Of a stretch of 53,966 nt of DNA, positions 1-9,300 are shown piece by piece. Position numbers and translations under genes: made by a program. The number at the start of each line of letters is the position of its first letter. The first letter of the stretch is position 1. The notes below the pieces were generated by a model. The model saw only the letters and a list, made by a program, of their open reading frames with translations, ran no database searches and was not told the origin of the DNA. Source of the DNA: an uncultured virus (IMG/VR IMGVR_UViG_3300042466_000764) (taxonomy: Duplodnaviria; Heunggongvirae; Uroviricota; Caudoviricetes); IMG/VR virus record IMGVR_UViG_3300042466_000764, one strand, 5' to 3'.

Positions 1-129
1 TCAGTAGAATCTGATACCGCTTTCCGAAAGTCTGGCGATCTCGGCGAGGTCGTACAGTTACAACCAGTAATGGTTGAGAAATCCCTATGGGGCGGACGTT
101 TCCTCAAAACAGCCGATCTATTCAGATAG
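1..129 (+). CDS. 3' end of upstream head gene (probable prohead protease/scaffold), partial
   Basis: Open frame from base 1 (SVESDTAFRKSGDLGEVVQ...SLWGGRFLKTADLFR*) ending TAG at 127-129, directly before the major capsid gene. Confidence 0.6.
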   Translation, partial: SVESDTAFRKSGDLGEVVQLQPVMVEKSLWGGRFLKTADLFR

Positions 130-153
130 AAAAATCACGTGGAGGTGAAATAT

Positions 154-1299
154 ATGTCGGAAGAAATAATTAAAAATCAGCCAGGAACATCAGGCGATCT
201 AGGTGGAACAGCACCTGGAACAGCCCAAGCACAAGGTGCATTCGCATCTGGTTCTGATGCTGGTGAAAACGTAGCAGGCAACTATGCAAACGGTGGTGTT
301 TTAGGTAACATCGCAGAAGCATCATTTGGCTCTACATCAGGAGTTAACGCAGTAAATCCTTCAGGTGATACTGGAAGCGGTATCTTACGCCCTGAACAAG
401 CACGTCGTTTTATAGACTATGTGTGGGACGCAACTGTATTGGCTAAAGATGGTCGCAGAGTGACCATGAAAGCAAACACAATGGAACTTGAAAAAGTTAA
501 CGTTGGAGAACGTGTAATCCGTGCAGCCTCACAAGGCTTAGGCGAATACACAAACGCTGGTGCAACATTCTCAAAAGTTGAATTAACTACAAAGAAAATT
601 CGCTTAGACTGGGAAGTATCATCAGAAGCACTTGAAGACAATATTGAAGGTGCAGCATTGGAAGATCATATCGTAAGATTGATGACCAACGCATTCGGTA
701 ATGATATCGAAGACCTTGCAATTAACGGAACAGGAACAGGTTCAAATGCTTTCACTAGCATCATGAACGGTTTCGTAAATCAAGTAACAGCGAACACTTC
801 AGCAGCACACGAGTCAGTAGCCAACGTAGTATCAAATGCTTGGACAACAAACACACTGCAAGATATAATTCTTGCAATGCCACGTAAGTACCGTGCACTT
901 AAGAATAATCTTAAGTTCTACGCAGGTACAGACGTTTTCCAAGGTATTGTTAAAAACAATGGTACTCTTGCCGATGCAATTGCCGAAGCCTTTGTAAATA
1001 AAGGTCCAGGTACAGAAGCAAATCGTCAAGCATACCTTGATGGTAACGCACAAACATTCGGAGGAGCACGTACAACACGTGTACTCGGAATTGATGTTCA
1101 AGAAGTTCCTTACTACCCTGCAGGATATGTCGATTTGACATTCCCTGCTAACCGTGTATGGGGTTTCCAACGCGACATCACAGTTAACCGCGAATACAGA
1201 CCAAAGAAAGATACTGTAGAATATACAGTTTTCGTTCGTTTCGGTATTCAATGGGAAGAACTAGATGCAGTCGCTTATGCGGATGCAGCAGGCGAATAG
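154..1299 (+). CDS. Major capsid protein (HK97 fold)
   Basis: About 381 aa; GILRPEQARRFID and VSSEALEDNIEG...FGNDIEDLAINGTG match HK97-type capsid motifs; strong SD GGAGGTG before ATG 154; followed by a terminator. Confidence 0.92.
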   Translation: MSEEIIKNQPGTSGDLGGTAPGTAQAQGAFASGSDAGENVAGNYANGGVLGNIAEASFGSTSGVNAVNPSGDTGSGILRPEQARRFIDYVWDATVLAKDGRRVTMKANTMELEKVNVGERVIRAASQGLGEYTNAGATFSKVELTTKKIRLDWEVSSEALEDNIEGAALEDHIVRLMTNAFGNDIEDLAINGTGTGSNAFTSIMNGFVNQVTANTSAAHESVANVVSNAWTTNTLQDIILAMPRKYRALKNNLKFYAGTDVFQGIVKNNGTLADAIAEAFVNKGPGTEANRQAYLDGNAQTFGGARTTRVLGIDVQEVPYYPAGYVDLTFPANRVWGFQRDITVNREYRPKKDTVEYTVFVRFGIQWEELDAVAYADAAGE

Positions 1300-1320
1300 C
1301 CTAATCTGTAATACAATTTT

Positions 1321-1352
1321 AAGGGGAGTAGGATTAATTTCTTACTCCCTTT
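1321..1352 (+). terminator. Rho-independent terminator after capsid gene
   Basis: Stem AAGGGGAGTAGG / CTTACTCCCTTT followed by T/A-rich sequence. Confidence 0.75.
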
Positions 1353-1366
1353 AATATTTAATTAAA

Positions 1367-1375
1367 TGATATAAT
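1367..1375 (+). promoter_or_regulatory. Extended -10 promoter element (TGATATAAT)
   Basis: TGnTATAAT immediately after the terminator and upstream of SD AAGGAGG and ATG 1393. Confidence 0.6.
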
Positions 1376-1392
1376 ACTACAAGGAGGAATAT

Positions 1393-1833
1393 ATGTCAGA
1401 ATTAGACAAAGATTTAAATCTACAAACACCAGAAACAGTTGAAGAAAATACTATTCAAGACGCAGTTGTTGAAGATATTGTAGAAGAAGTTATAGAAGAA
1501 ATCCAACCAGCATTGTTAGCCCCAGGCGAAGCATTAATTCCAGAAGATAAAAAACAAGCAGTTCAAGACCTTGTTGAAGGACTTGCTCCATTATCAACTG
1601 GTGCCATTGGTGTTGGAAAACAACCAAGAACTAAAAAAGAAAAACCTGCTGAACCTAAACAAGGTAAAGAAAAAGTTGCAATTAAGTCAACTAAGAACGT
1701 ATCCTGGATGGGTGTAGGCCAAGTAAAAGTTGGTATCAACTACGTATCCGCAGAGGAAGCAAAAGAATGGTCAACACGTAATCACATTACAGTTTTGAAA
1801 CCAGAAGACGTTGCAAGGGAATACGGCTTATAA
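1393..1833 (+). CDS. Hypothetical virion-module protein (acidic N-terminus)
   Basis: 146-aa ORF with SD AAGGAGG, located between capsid and head-tail genes. Confidence 0.7.
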   Translation: MSELDKDLNLQTPETVEENTIQDAVVEDIVEEVIEEIQPALLAPGEALIPEDKKQAVQDLVEGLAPLSTGAIGVGKQPRTKKEKPAEPKQGKEKVAIKSTKNVSWMGVGQVKVGINYVSAEEAKEWSTRNHITVLKPEDVAREYGL

Positions 1834-1836
1834 ACA

Positions 1837-2748
1837 ATGGAAGCATTAAGGGTTCCACCATACCCACTAACACTAAAGTTTGATGTCCCAACAAGTGGAG
1901 ATATCTACACTCTTAGATTACAGGATTTGGTGGAACACTTTGTTGAAGAATCAAATATAACTTCAGCAAACTTACAAATAACATATGTAATACCATTATC
2001 AAAAATAGAATTTGACAGAAAATATGAAGTTAAGATTTTAAATTCAGATGAAGAAATAGTGTTTGAAGATAATTTAGACATAGTAAGACCATATACTGAC
2101 CCTAATAAACTTGGAACTACCGCTTCAGAAATAACAGAAGCAAAATATAACGAACTTATTGCAAGATCAATTATTGACTCATTCGTTGTTGATGGTTTTT
2201 ATAATCAAAAAGTTATTGTTCAAACAGTTGGAGAAGGATTAGATTATATACCTTTGTGGGTAAATGCTTATAAGGTATTGAGAGTTTATGAAAACGATGT
2301 TTTAATTTTTGATGTTGATGAAGAAACAAACGATAGATATTTTAAATTATCATTAGATAACTCTGCTGTACAAGAATATATTCCCAATTCAACAGAATCA
2401 TTAAATAGATTAGAAAAAACGCTACCAAATCTTCCAGTATCATACGGTGATTTAGGGTATTATGGTTGGGATACTGTTACTTTTCCTACAGGATATGACT
2501 ATACATTAGTTCTAGATGCTGGATATAAAACAATTCCGTCAGATATTCAGGCAGCAACAGAAATGTTAGTTAATGATATTAAATGTGGAAGACTTGATCA
2601 ATATAAAAGATATGTTGAAGAATATCAAACAGATCAGTACAAAGTTAAATTTAATGCTAAAAAATTATTTAACGGTACAGGCAATATCATAGTTGATCAA
2701 ATACTATCAAAATATACTAAGAACATTACTAGACTAGGAATACTATGA
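1837..2748 (+). CDS. Head-to-tail adaptor/connector
   Basis: C-terminal GYKTIPSDIQAATEMLV and TGNIIVDQILSKY are typical of gp15/gp6-like adaptors; gene position. Confidence 0.7.
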   Translation: MEALRVPPYPLTLKFDVPTSGDIYTLRLQDLVEHFVEESNITSANLQITYVIPLSKIEFDRKYEVKILNSDEEIVFEDNLDIVRPYTDPNKLGTTASEITEAKYNELIARSIIDSFVVDGFYNQKVIVQTVGEGLDYIPLWVNAYKVLRVYENDVLIFDVDEETNDRYFKLSLDNSAVQEYIPNSTESLNRLEKTLPNLPVSYGDLGYYGWDTVTFPTGYDYTLVLDAGYKTIPSDIQAATEMLVNDIKCGRLDQYKRYVEEYQTDQYKVKFNAKKLFNGTGNIIVDQILSKYTKNITRLGIL

Positions 2749-3194
2749 CATGTTTAGACGACAACTTTTTATACCCTATGACAGCAGAAGTGTACTATTC
2801 ATCCGTTCAGCAAGGTCAGTACGGTAATATTAAAAAGCAATGGTCAAAGTTTAAAGATATAAAATGTTACTTTGCATCTGGTAACCTTAGAAATAAAGAA
2901 GAGCAACAAGTACAAAATGTAGCAATTTTGTTTGACAAAGTTTTGAGCGGTAGAGTTCCAACAGATATTAGATTTGATGATATGAATGGTGGAATTGCAT
3001 TAACTAATCTTCTTATAACAAACATATCAGATGGAGAAGGTAACCCTATATATGTTGAAACAGGTGGGGTTCGTGCTGGTAAATCAAGTATTTTTGAAGT
3101 TGCAACACTAAGCCCATACTCTGGTTTGTTTGGAAAAACAGAATATTATAAGATTGTAATTAAAAGGTCTGATAGTCAGGCGATAGATTTATGA
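2745..3194 (+). CDS. Head-to-tail stopper/closure protein
   Basis: 149 aa with beta-rich pattern (GQYGNIKKQW); follows the adaptor with an ATGA overlap. Confidence 0.55.
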   Translation: MTCLDDNFLYPMTAEVYYSSVQQGQYGNIKKQWSKFKDIKCYFASGNLRNKEEQQVQNVAILFDKVLSGRVPTDIRFDDMNGGIALTNLLITNISDGEGNPIYVETGGVRAGKSSIFEVATLSPYSGLFGKTEYYKIVIKRSDSQAIDL

Positions 3195-3859
3195 TAATAG
3201 TTGATAATAAACAATTTAAAAAAGAAATGAACAACATTGTAGATTACTCTATTGGATTTTTAGAAGGAATAAAAGGTGGAAAGACAGCGTTTCTTAATAA
3301 CCTTGGGCGTGAGACTATACAAACATTAAAAGAATTTGTTGATTTAAATGCAAGAATTGATCCAGCAATTCTGCAGCACGTATATGAATGGTATCAAGTT
3401 GGAAGTCCAAATGCAAGATTGTTTGATATTGAGTACACTGTAAGCAATCAAGGTTTGTCAATATACTCTACACTTAGCCAATCATCAAGAGTTAAAGATG
3501 GATCTACTACACCATTTTACGATAAAGCAAGAATTATGGAAAAAGGAATACCAGTAACTATAAGACCTAAAAAATCTAAGGTGTTAGTATTTGAAGAAAA
3601 TGGAGAAACAGTGTTTACTAAAAATCCAGTTACAGTTAACAACCCTGGCGGAGAAGATGCTCAAGGTGGATTTGAAGAAGTGCTAGACATATTTTTAAAT
3701 CAATATTTTAAACAATCATTTTTAAAGTCATCTGGTTTATCAGACTACATTAAAAATCCAAAAGTATTTAAAACTAATTTAAGAGCAGGTGCCAAGTATG
3801 GCAAAGGTTTTGGATATTCAACTGGATATAAATGGATTGCTAATGCGGTGATTGCATAA
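3191..3859 (+). CDS. Neck/tail-completion protein (putative)
   Basis: KARIMEKGIPVTIRPKKSKVLVF...VNNPG resembles neck proteins; position between stopper and tail terminator. Confidence 0.5.
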   Translation: MIIVDNKQFKKEMNNIVDYSIGFLEGIKGGKTAFLNNLGRETIQTLKEFVDLNARIDPAILQHVYEWYQVGSPNARLFDIEYTVSNQGLSIYSTLSQSSRVKDGSTTPFYDKARIMEKGIPVTIRPKKSKVLVFEENGETVFTKNPVTVNNPGGEDAQGGFEEVLDIFLNQYFKQSFLKSSGLSDYIKNPKVFKTNLRAGAKYGKGFGYSTGYKWIANAVIA

Positions 3860-4422
3860 TGGCTGCTACGATACATCATCCACCATCATTAATTAATGCT
3901 TATTTACAAAATAAAATTAGTGAGTTTTTTGGAACATCAGCGATTGATGGGTTAGATGAACAAGATACTTTCCTTATTCCATTTTTTCCAACTGCTCCAA
4001 CAGATATCAATGCTTTAACTGAATCTTTTCCACAATCACTTGGAACATTTGCAGTATATGACAGGATGTTTAGAATGAATAGAAAGACATTTCCACATAT
4101 ATATTGTGAACAAATAATGTATTATTTTTATAACTTTGGTGGAAATGCAATTGAAAGAACAATCATTCTAAGTCAAAAGATTCAAGATCTTTTAAATTCA
4201 TTAGACGAGTCTGCAGTTGATATAAATAAGTGGATAAGAGATAATCAAGATACGGTTATTCCTGGTCCAGAAATAGCACTTAAAGATATGTCACTTCCCC
4301 TATATTTTCACACCTTTAAAACCTACCAACTTCAAGAGACTAGAGACATCATAGACTTTGGAACAGCCAGAACCTATGCAGGAAACAAGATTATTTTAGA
4401 TTATGACTGGCATAAAGGCTAA
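3859..4422 (+). CDS. Tail terminator (putative)
   Basis: 187 aa directly upstream of the major tail protein; assigned by synteny. Confidence 0.5.
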   Translation: MAATIHHPPSLINAYLQNKISEFFGTSAIDGLDEQDTFLIPFFPTAPTDINALTESFPQSLGTFAVYDRMFRMNRKTFPHIYCEQIMYYFYNFGGNAIERTIILSQKIQDLLNSLDESAVDINKWIRDNQDTVIPGPEIALKDMSLPLYFHTFKTYQLQETRDIIDFGTARTYAGNKIILDYDWHKG

Positions 4423-4430
4423 CAAAATGG

Positions 4431-4439
4431 TGTTATACT
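4431..4439 (+). promoter_or_regulatory. Extended -10 element (TGTTATACT) for major tail gene
   Basis: TGnTAnnnT in the intergenic region; SD GAGGTG before ATG 4505. Confidence 0.5.
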
Positions 4440-4504
4440 TGACCTTGAGGAAACATCGCTTTACAACTAAATAAGAAAACCCTTTACAAGGAGAGGTGAA
4501 ATAA

Positions 4505-5155
4505 ATGGCATATTCTCGTGGACAATCCAACAACATTATCGTTGGTGCAGCCGCATTGTTTACATACAATGACGGTGCTTTAGCACAAACAATCGGTACT
4601 GCAGGTGGACCACTACCAGCATTTGAAGCAGCAACATCATACAAAGATACTTTGACTGATGACGTTGACTTCACAAACGTAGGTTATACCAGCAATGGTA
4701 TCGAACTTACATTCCAACCATCTTTCGGTGAAGTTCAAGTTGATCAAGTTCTTGACGTTGCTCGTCTTTTCAAAGACGGCATGCAAGTATCTTTAGCAAC
4801 ATCATTTGCAGAAGCAACACTAGAAAACCTTCTAGTGGCAGTAGCAGCAAACGCAAATGATTTAGATGAATTATCAACCGCAACAGGTATTGGTACAGGA
4901 AGCCAAAGTTTCGACATCAACTCAGGTGAATTAGGCGACGTTCCTCTAGAACGTGGTATAGTAGCCGTTGGTCCAGGAACTGGTGACCCATCAATCGATA
5001 AGGAACGTATCTATATCGGATACCGTGCTTTGTCAATCGAAAACGTAGTAGCATCAGCAAAACGTGATGCAGCATCTATGTTTGACGTAACTTTCCGTAT
5101 GTTACCGTTAGATGACGGTATGTATGGTAAGATTGTTGATCGTACAATTGCTTAG
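4505..5155 (+). CDS. Major tail tube protein
   Basis: NIIVGAA, VGYTSNGIELTFQP, VDQ and FAEATLENL motifs of siphovirus tail tube proteins; followed by a terminator and chaperone genes. Confidence 0.88.
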   Translation: MAYSRGQSNNIIVGAAALFTYNDGALAQTIGTAGGPLPAFEAATSYKDTLTDDVDFTNVGYTSNGIELTFQPSFGEVQVDQVLDVARLFKDGMQVSLATSFAEATLENLLVAVAANANDLDELSTATGIGTGSQSFDINSGELGDVPLERGIVAVGPGTGDPSIDKERIYIGYRALSIENVVASAKRDAASMFDVTFRMLPLDDGMYGKIVDRTIA

Positions 5156-5174
5156 TAAGTAATTTTACAAGATT

Positions 5175-5207
5175 AGCCCACCCATAAAACGGTGGGCTTT
5201 TCTATTT
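5175..5207 (+). terminator. Rho-independent terminator after major tail gene
   Basis: AGCCCACC-8 nt loop-GGTGGGCT followed by TTTCTATTT. Confidence 0.8.
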
Positions 5208-5215
5208 GGTATAAT
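5207..5215 (+). promoter_or_regulatory. Extended -10 (TGGTATAAT), leaderless promoter
   Basis: TATAAT ends 6 nt before ATG 5222; no SD. Confidence 0.65.
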
Positions 5216-5221
5216 GGTTTA

Positions 5222-5908
5222 ATGGCCACAAAAATTTATGAAGAGGGTATCGTTGAGTTAGTAGACGGCACAAAAATAACAGTAGGTCCAGCAAAAATAA
5301 AATATTTAAAAAAAATATTAGATCAGTTTTCGTTAATATCTAAAGTTGACGGCGAAGATGAAACTCTAGAAATAGTCTTAGAGTGTGTAAAAATATCAAT
5401 GCAGCAGTTCTATCCTCAGTTATCAAATAGCATAACAGACATTGAGGATAATTTTGACATTAAGCAACTTTATAAAGTTTTAGAATTTTCAGCGGGTATC
5501 AAACTAAATGAGGATAAAGAAGATAGTATAGAGCAACAAGCAAAGTCAGAAAATGACAAAGGGTCTAACTGGGACGACCTAGATCTTGCTAAACTAGAAT
5601 CTGAGGTTTTTTTAATAGGTGCTTGGAAGAATTATGAAGAGTTAGAAACATCAATATCTATGCCAGAGTTAATATCTGTGTTAGAAATGAAAAGAGAAAT
5701 AGATCGCAACGATAAAAAGTTTTCTGCAGCAATGCAAGGGGTAGATATAGATAAAGATAAAAATGATAATGCCTGGGAAGATATGAAAAAAAGAGTGTTA
5801 TATAAAGGAAAAGATGCAAATGATATAACAAACCTTCGTGGAGCAAGAGCACAGAAAGCAGGGTTTGGCATTGGAAATGGTTTGGGATATGAAGAGGTTG
5901 TTGGTTAA
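5222..5908 (+). CDS. Tail assembly chaperone, long (GT-like) form
   Basis: Located between tail tube and tape measure genes; N-terminal ~100 aa align by eye with ORF 5959-6279; C-terminal WKNYEELETSISMPEL domain resembles the post-frameshift T part; the ORF-track start at 5192 lies inside the terminator. Confidence 0.75.
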   Translation: MATKIYEEGIVELVDGTKITVGPAKIKYLKKILDQFSLISKVDGEDETLEIVLECVKISMQQFYPQLSNSITDIEDNFDIKQLYKVLEFSAGIKLNEDKEDSIEQQAKSENDKGSNWDDLDLAKLESEVFLIGAWKNYEELETSISMPELISVLEMKREIDRNDKKFSAAMQGVDIDKDKNDNAWEDMKKRVLYKGKDANDITNLRGARAQKAGFGIGNGLGYEEVVG

Positions 5909-5923
5909 AATATAGGTCCTCTG

Positions 5924-5932
5924 TGATATAAT
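5924..5932 (+). promoter_or_regulatory. Extended -10 (TGATATAAT) for short chaperone/tape measure
   Basis: Intergenic TGnTATAAT followed by palindrome TAAGGTTAACCTTA and SD AAGGAGG. Confidence 0.6.
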
Positions 5933-5958
5933 TAAGGTTAACCTTATAAGGAGGAAAA

Positions 5959-6279
5959 ATGGCAACTACTGTTAACGAAGAAAAAACAGTTACGCTTATT
6001 GATGGTACAAAAGTTAAAGTAAGACCACTGAAAATTTCTCTCCTACGTCCTTTCATGAAGAAATTTGAAGGTGTAGCAGCGGTCGCAGAAGATAACGAAA
6101 AATCAATGAACATATTAATGGAATGTATTCAGATTGCAATGCAACAATACAAGCCAGAAATTGCAGAAGACTTGGCAGCGTTAGAAGAAAATATGGATCT
6201 TCCAACGGTATATAAAATTATAGAAGAGGCATCTGGAGTTAAGTTAGCAGATGCAGCATTACTTAATAATTTACCATAA
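5959..6279 (+). CDS. Tail assembly chaperone, short (G-like) form
   Basis: 106 aa immediately before the tape measure gene; strong SD; paralog of the 5222 N-terminus. Confidence 0.78.
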   Translation: MATTVNEEKTVTLIDGTKVKVRPLKISLLRPFMKKFEGVAAVAEDNEKSMNILMECIQIAMQQYKPEIAEDLAALEENMDLPTVYKIIEEASGVKLADAALLNNLP

Positions 6280-6304
6280 AAACTAAATAAAGAGGTAATA
6301 ATGA

Positions 6305-9300
6305 ATGGCTGATATCGAATCCAATATAAAAATTGGTGTTGATGCTGATCAAGCGTTAAGGCAACTTAAACTTTTACAGCGTCAGTTATCAGCCTTTTAT
6401 TCTACAATGGCCAAATCTGGGGCCGCTGGTGCAGCGGTTTCTCAGAACATGGCTCAAAACTTAACTAATCAAATTAATGCAAGCGGCAAATTCTATGCCG
6501 AAATGAAAAAGATTAAAACAACAACAGATTCTTTTAATGAGGCTTTAGAAAAAAATAAATTTGGAATGAAGGAGTACTTCAGATACGCTGGTGCTTCTAC
6601 TAAAACTTTTGGTAAATTATTTAAAACAGAGTTTGACACTATCAATAAAGTTGCAAGAGAAAATGTAAAAACACTACAAACCCAATATATTAAAATGGGT
6701 AGAGATGCAAGTGGTGCTCTCAAGGCAATGTCTATTCGTCCATTAACTTTGGATATGAATGATTATGCAACTAAAACAGCAATGGCTGCTCAACGCCAAG
6801 CATTACTTAATCAATTATTAAGACAAGGATCTACAAATCTCTTAAACTTTGGTAAAAATACACAGTGGGCTGGTCGTCAACTTATGGTTGGTTTTACTGT
6901 ACCATTAATGTATTTTGGTTCCGTTGCAGCAAAAACATTTATGGAATTAGAAGAACAAGCAATTAGATTTAAACGTGTTTACGGTGACATGTTTACAAAT
7001 ACTAAAGAAACAACTGAAGCATTGCAAAATGTTAAAATGCTTGCAAATGAATTTACTAAGTATGGTGTAGCCGTAGCAGATACAATGAAAATGGCTGCCG
7101 ATGTGGCAGCAACAGGTAAAGTTGGAAATGATTTATTAGTTCAAGTTGCCCAAGCAAATAAACTTGCTGTACTTGGTGGCATTGATCAACAAAAATCTTT
7201 GGACACTTTAATTTCTTTAACTTCTACTTTTGGAATTACTGCAGAAAAGACTGCACAACAAATTGACTTTTTAAACGCAGTAGAAAACCAAACAATTCTA
7301 AGTATTGATGATTTAACAACAGCAATTCCTAAAGCAGCACCAGTAATTAAACAACTTGGTGGAGATGTTCAAGACTTAGCATTCTTTATGACTGCTATGC
7401 GTGAAGGTGGCATTCAGGCTGGAGAAGGTGCCAACGCATTAAAGTCTGGTCTTGCATCTATTATTAATCCAAGTAAAAGAGCATCAGAGTTTCTTGCTAG
7501 TTTTGGCATTAATATAAAAGGAATTGTAGATGCAAATCAAGGTGATGTTAAAAAACTTGTTATAGACGTAGCAAGTGCATTAGACAAACTAGATCCACTT
7601 AATCGTGCTAGAGCAATTGAACAACTATTTGGTAAGTTTCAGTTTTCACGTATATCTACGTTATTTCAAAACGTTATTAAAGAGGGCACTCAAGCACAAA
7701 CTGTTGCTGAGTTAACCACTGCTACCGTAGAAGAACTTGCCATATTGTCTGAACGAGAATTAAATAAAATTTCTGAATCACCAATGTATAAGTTTAAAAA
7801 ACAAGTTCAAGATCTTAAAACAGTAATAGCCCCAATAGGTGCAGAATTTTTAAAAGCACTAACACCAATTATTGAATTTTTTAATAAAATATTAAGACGT
7901 TTTGAAGATATGAGTGATGGCACAAAGAAGTTTGTTGTTTACTTAACCACAATTCTTGCTGGTATTGGCCCATTAGCCTTGATGTCTTTTGGTTTGTTGG
8001 CTAACGGTGTTGCAAACATTATCAAGTTGTTTGTTAGCATAAAGTCAGTATTTAACAGGGCTGGAAATTCTACTACATATTTAGGTGAGCAAACTAACTA
8101 TTTGACTCAAGCACAAATAAATGCTGCTGCAGTTGCATCATCATTAGATCAAGCACATATGACATTAACGCAAAGGTTTACTGCAGAAGCACAGGCAGTT
8201 AAGTTATTAAGAAATGCCTACATGGAAGCAAATGCTGCAAGCCTTAATTTTTCAATTGGCAAGGGTATTGCAAAAACTCCAGGAATGCCATTAGCAAACG
8301 GTATATTAAGTGTACCTGGACCAAAGGGTGCAGGAGATGTAGTACCAGCAATGCTTTCACCAGGAGAGGCTGTAATTCCAGCAAAGCAAAATAAAAAGTT
8401 TGGTGGATTAATTAGAGGAATTATTGCTGACAAAATACCTGGTTTTATAAAAGGATCAGCATCAATAAAAACAGTTAATTTTGGCGGTACTGACTATTCA
8501 AATATAGCAACTAATGCAAAAACAACAGAATCAAAATTATCTGAATATTTACATAGATATAGTACTGGTGCAAATGCAACTCAAGAAACAAATGTACAAT
8601 TAACAAAAATGTTAGAAACACTAAATCAAAGAGCATTAGCAGAAGGTAAAACTCAAATACTTAGTTTAAAACAAATTCAACAAGCACTTGCTGAATTTAA
8701 TTTAAGAGAAATAAATCCAAAGGGTACAGGCCGCCAGTCTGCTGGCAGTGTGTTTGCACATGGAAGTGCACCACGTAGAGCAACTCAAGAACAATTAAAT
8801 ATTATTAATCAAGAAGGACAGAGACTAATATCGCAAAATCCAGAATATCATGAAAAAACAAAATATAGTAAGGCGAATATGCTTGCTCAAGCAGAATCAG
8901 CAACTATGTATAATCGTTATGGCTTTAACACAGATCATTCTTATAACACAGGAAGTGGAGATACTAAACTATTTCAATCAGAATTTTTAGATCCAGCCAA
9001 ACAAACAAAAGTTATGAGTCCATTTTATGAAGAGTGGGCCGCACAACAGGGAAAAACTTTAAATGAAGTATTAAAAGATCCCAAATTATTTAAAAAAATG
9101 ACTCTTGATACAAGTTCTTTTGCAAAAGCAATTGGAGAAGAAATTGGAAAAATAGGAACTGAAACTTTCTCAGATGATCAATTTTATAAAGCAGTTGCAG
9201 ATGCAGAAGCAAAACATTTTGCTAAAGGATCAAGTGGAAAATTAAAAAGACCAAGAATGAAAAGAGTAGTTGATGCATTAAAAGAAGATTATTCAACATT

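Noticed and set aside
4460..4490. Short repeat CTTTACAA x2 upstream of the major tail gene
   Set aside because: Only 8 bp, two copies in AT-rich DNA; indistinguishable from chance without comparative data
5192..5221. ORF-track start at GTG 5192
   Set aside because: It lies within the terminator stem and upstream of the -10 box; ATG 5222 aligns with the paralog start (MAT)
5300..5320. A-run (TTTAAAAAAAATA) in the long chaperone as a programmed frameshift site
   Set aside because: It is too early in the shared domain, the ORF is already continuous through the T-like domain, and A-runs are common in this AT-rich genome
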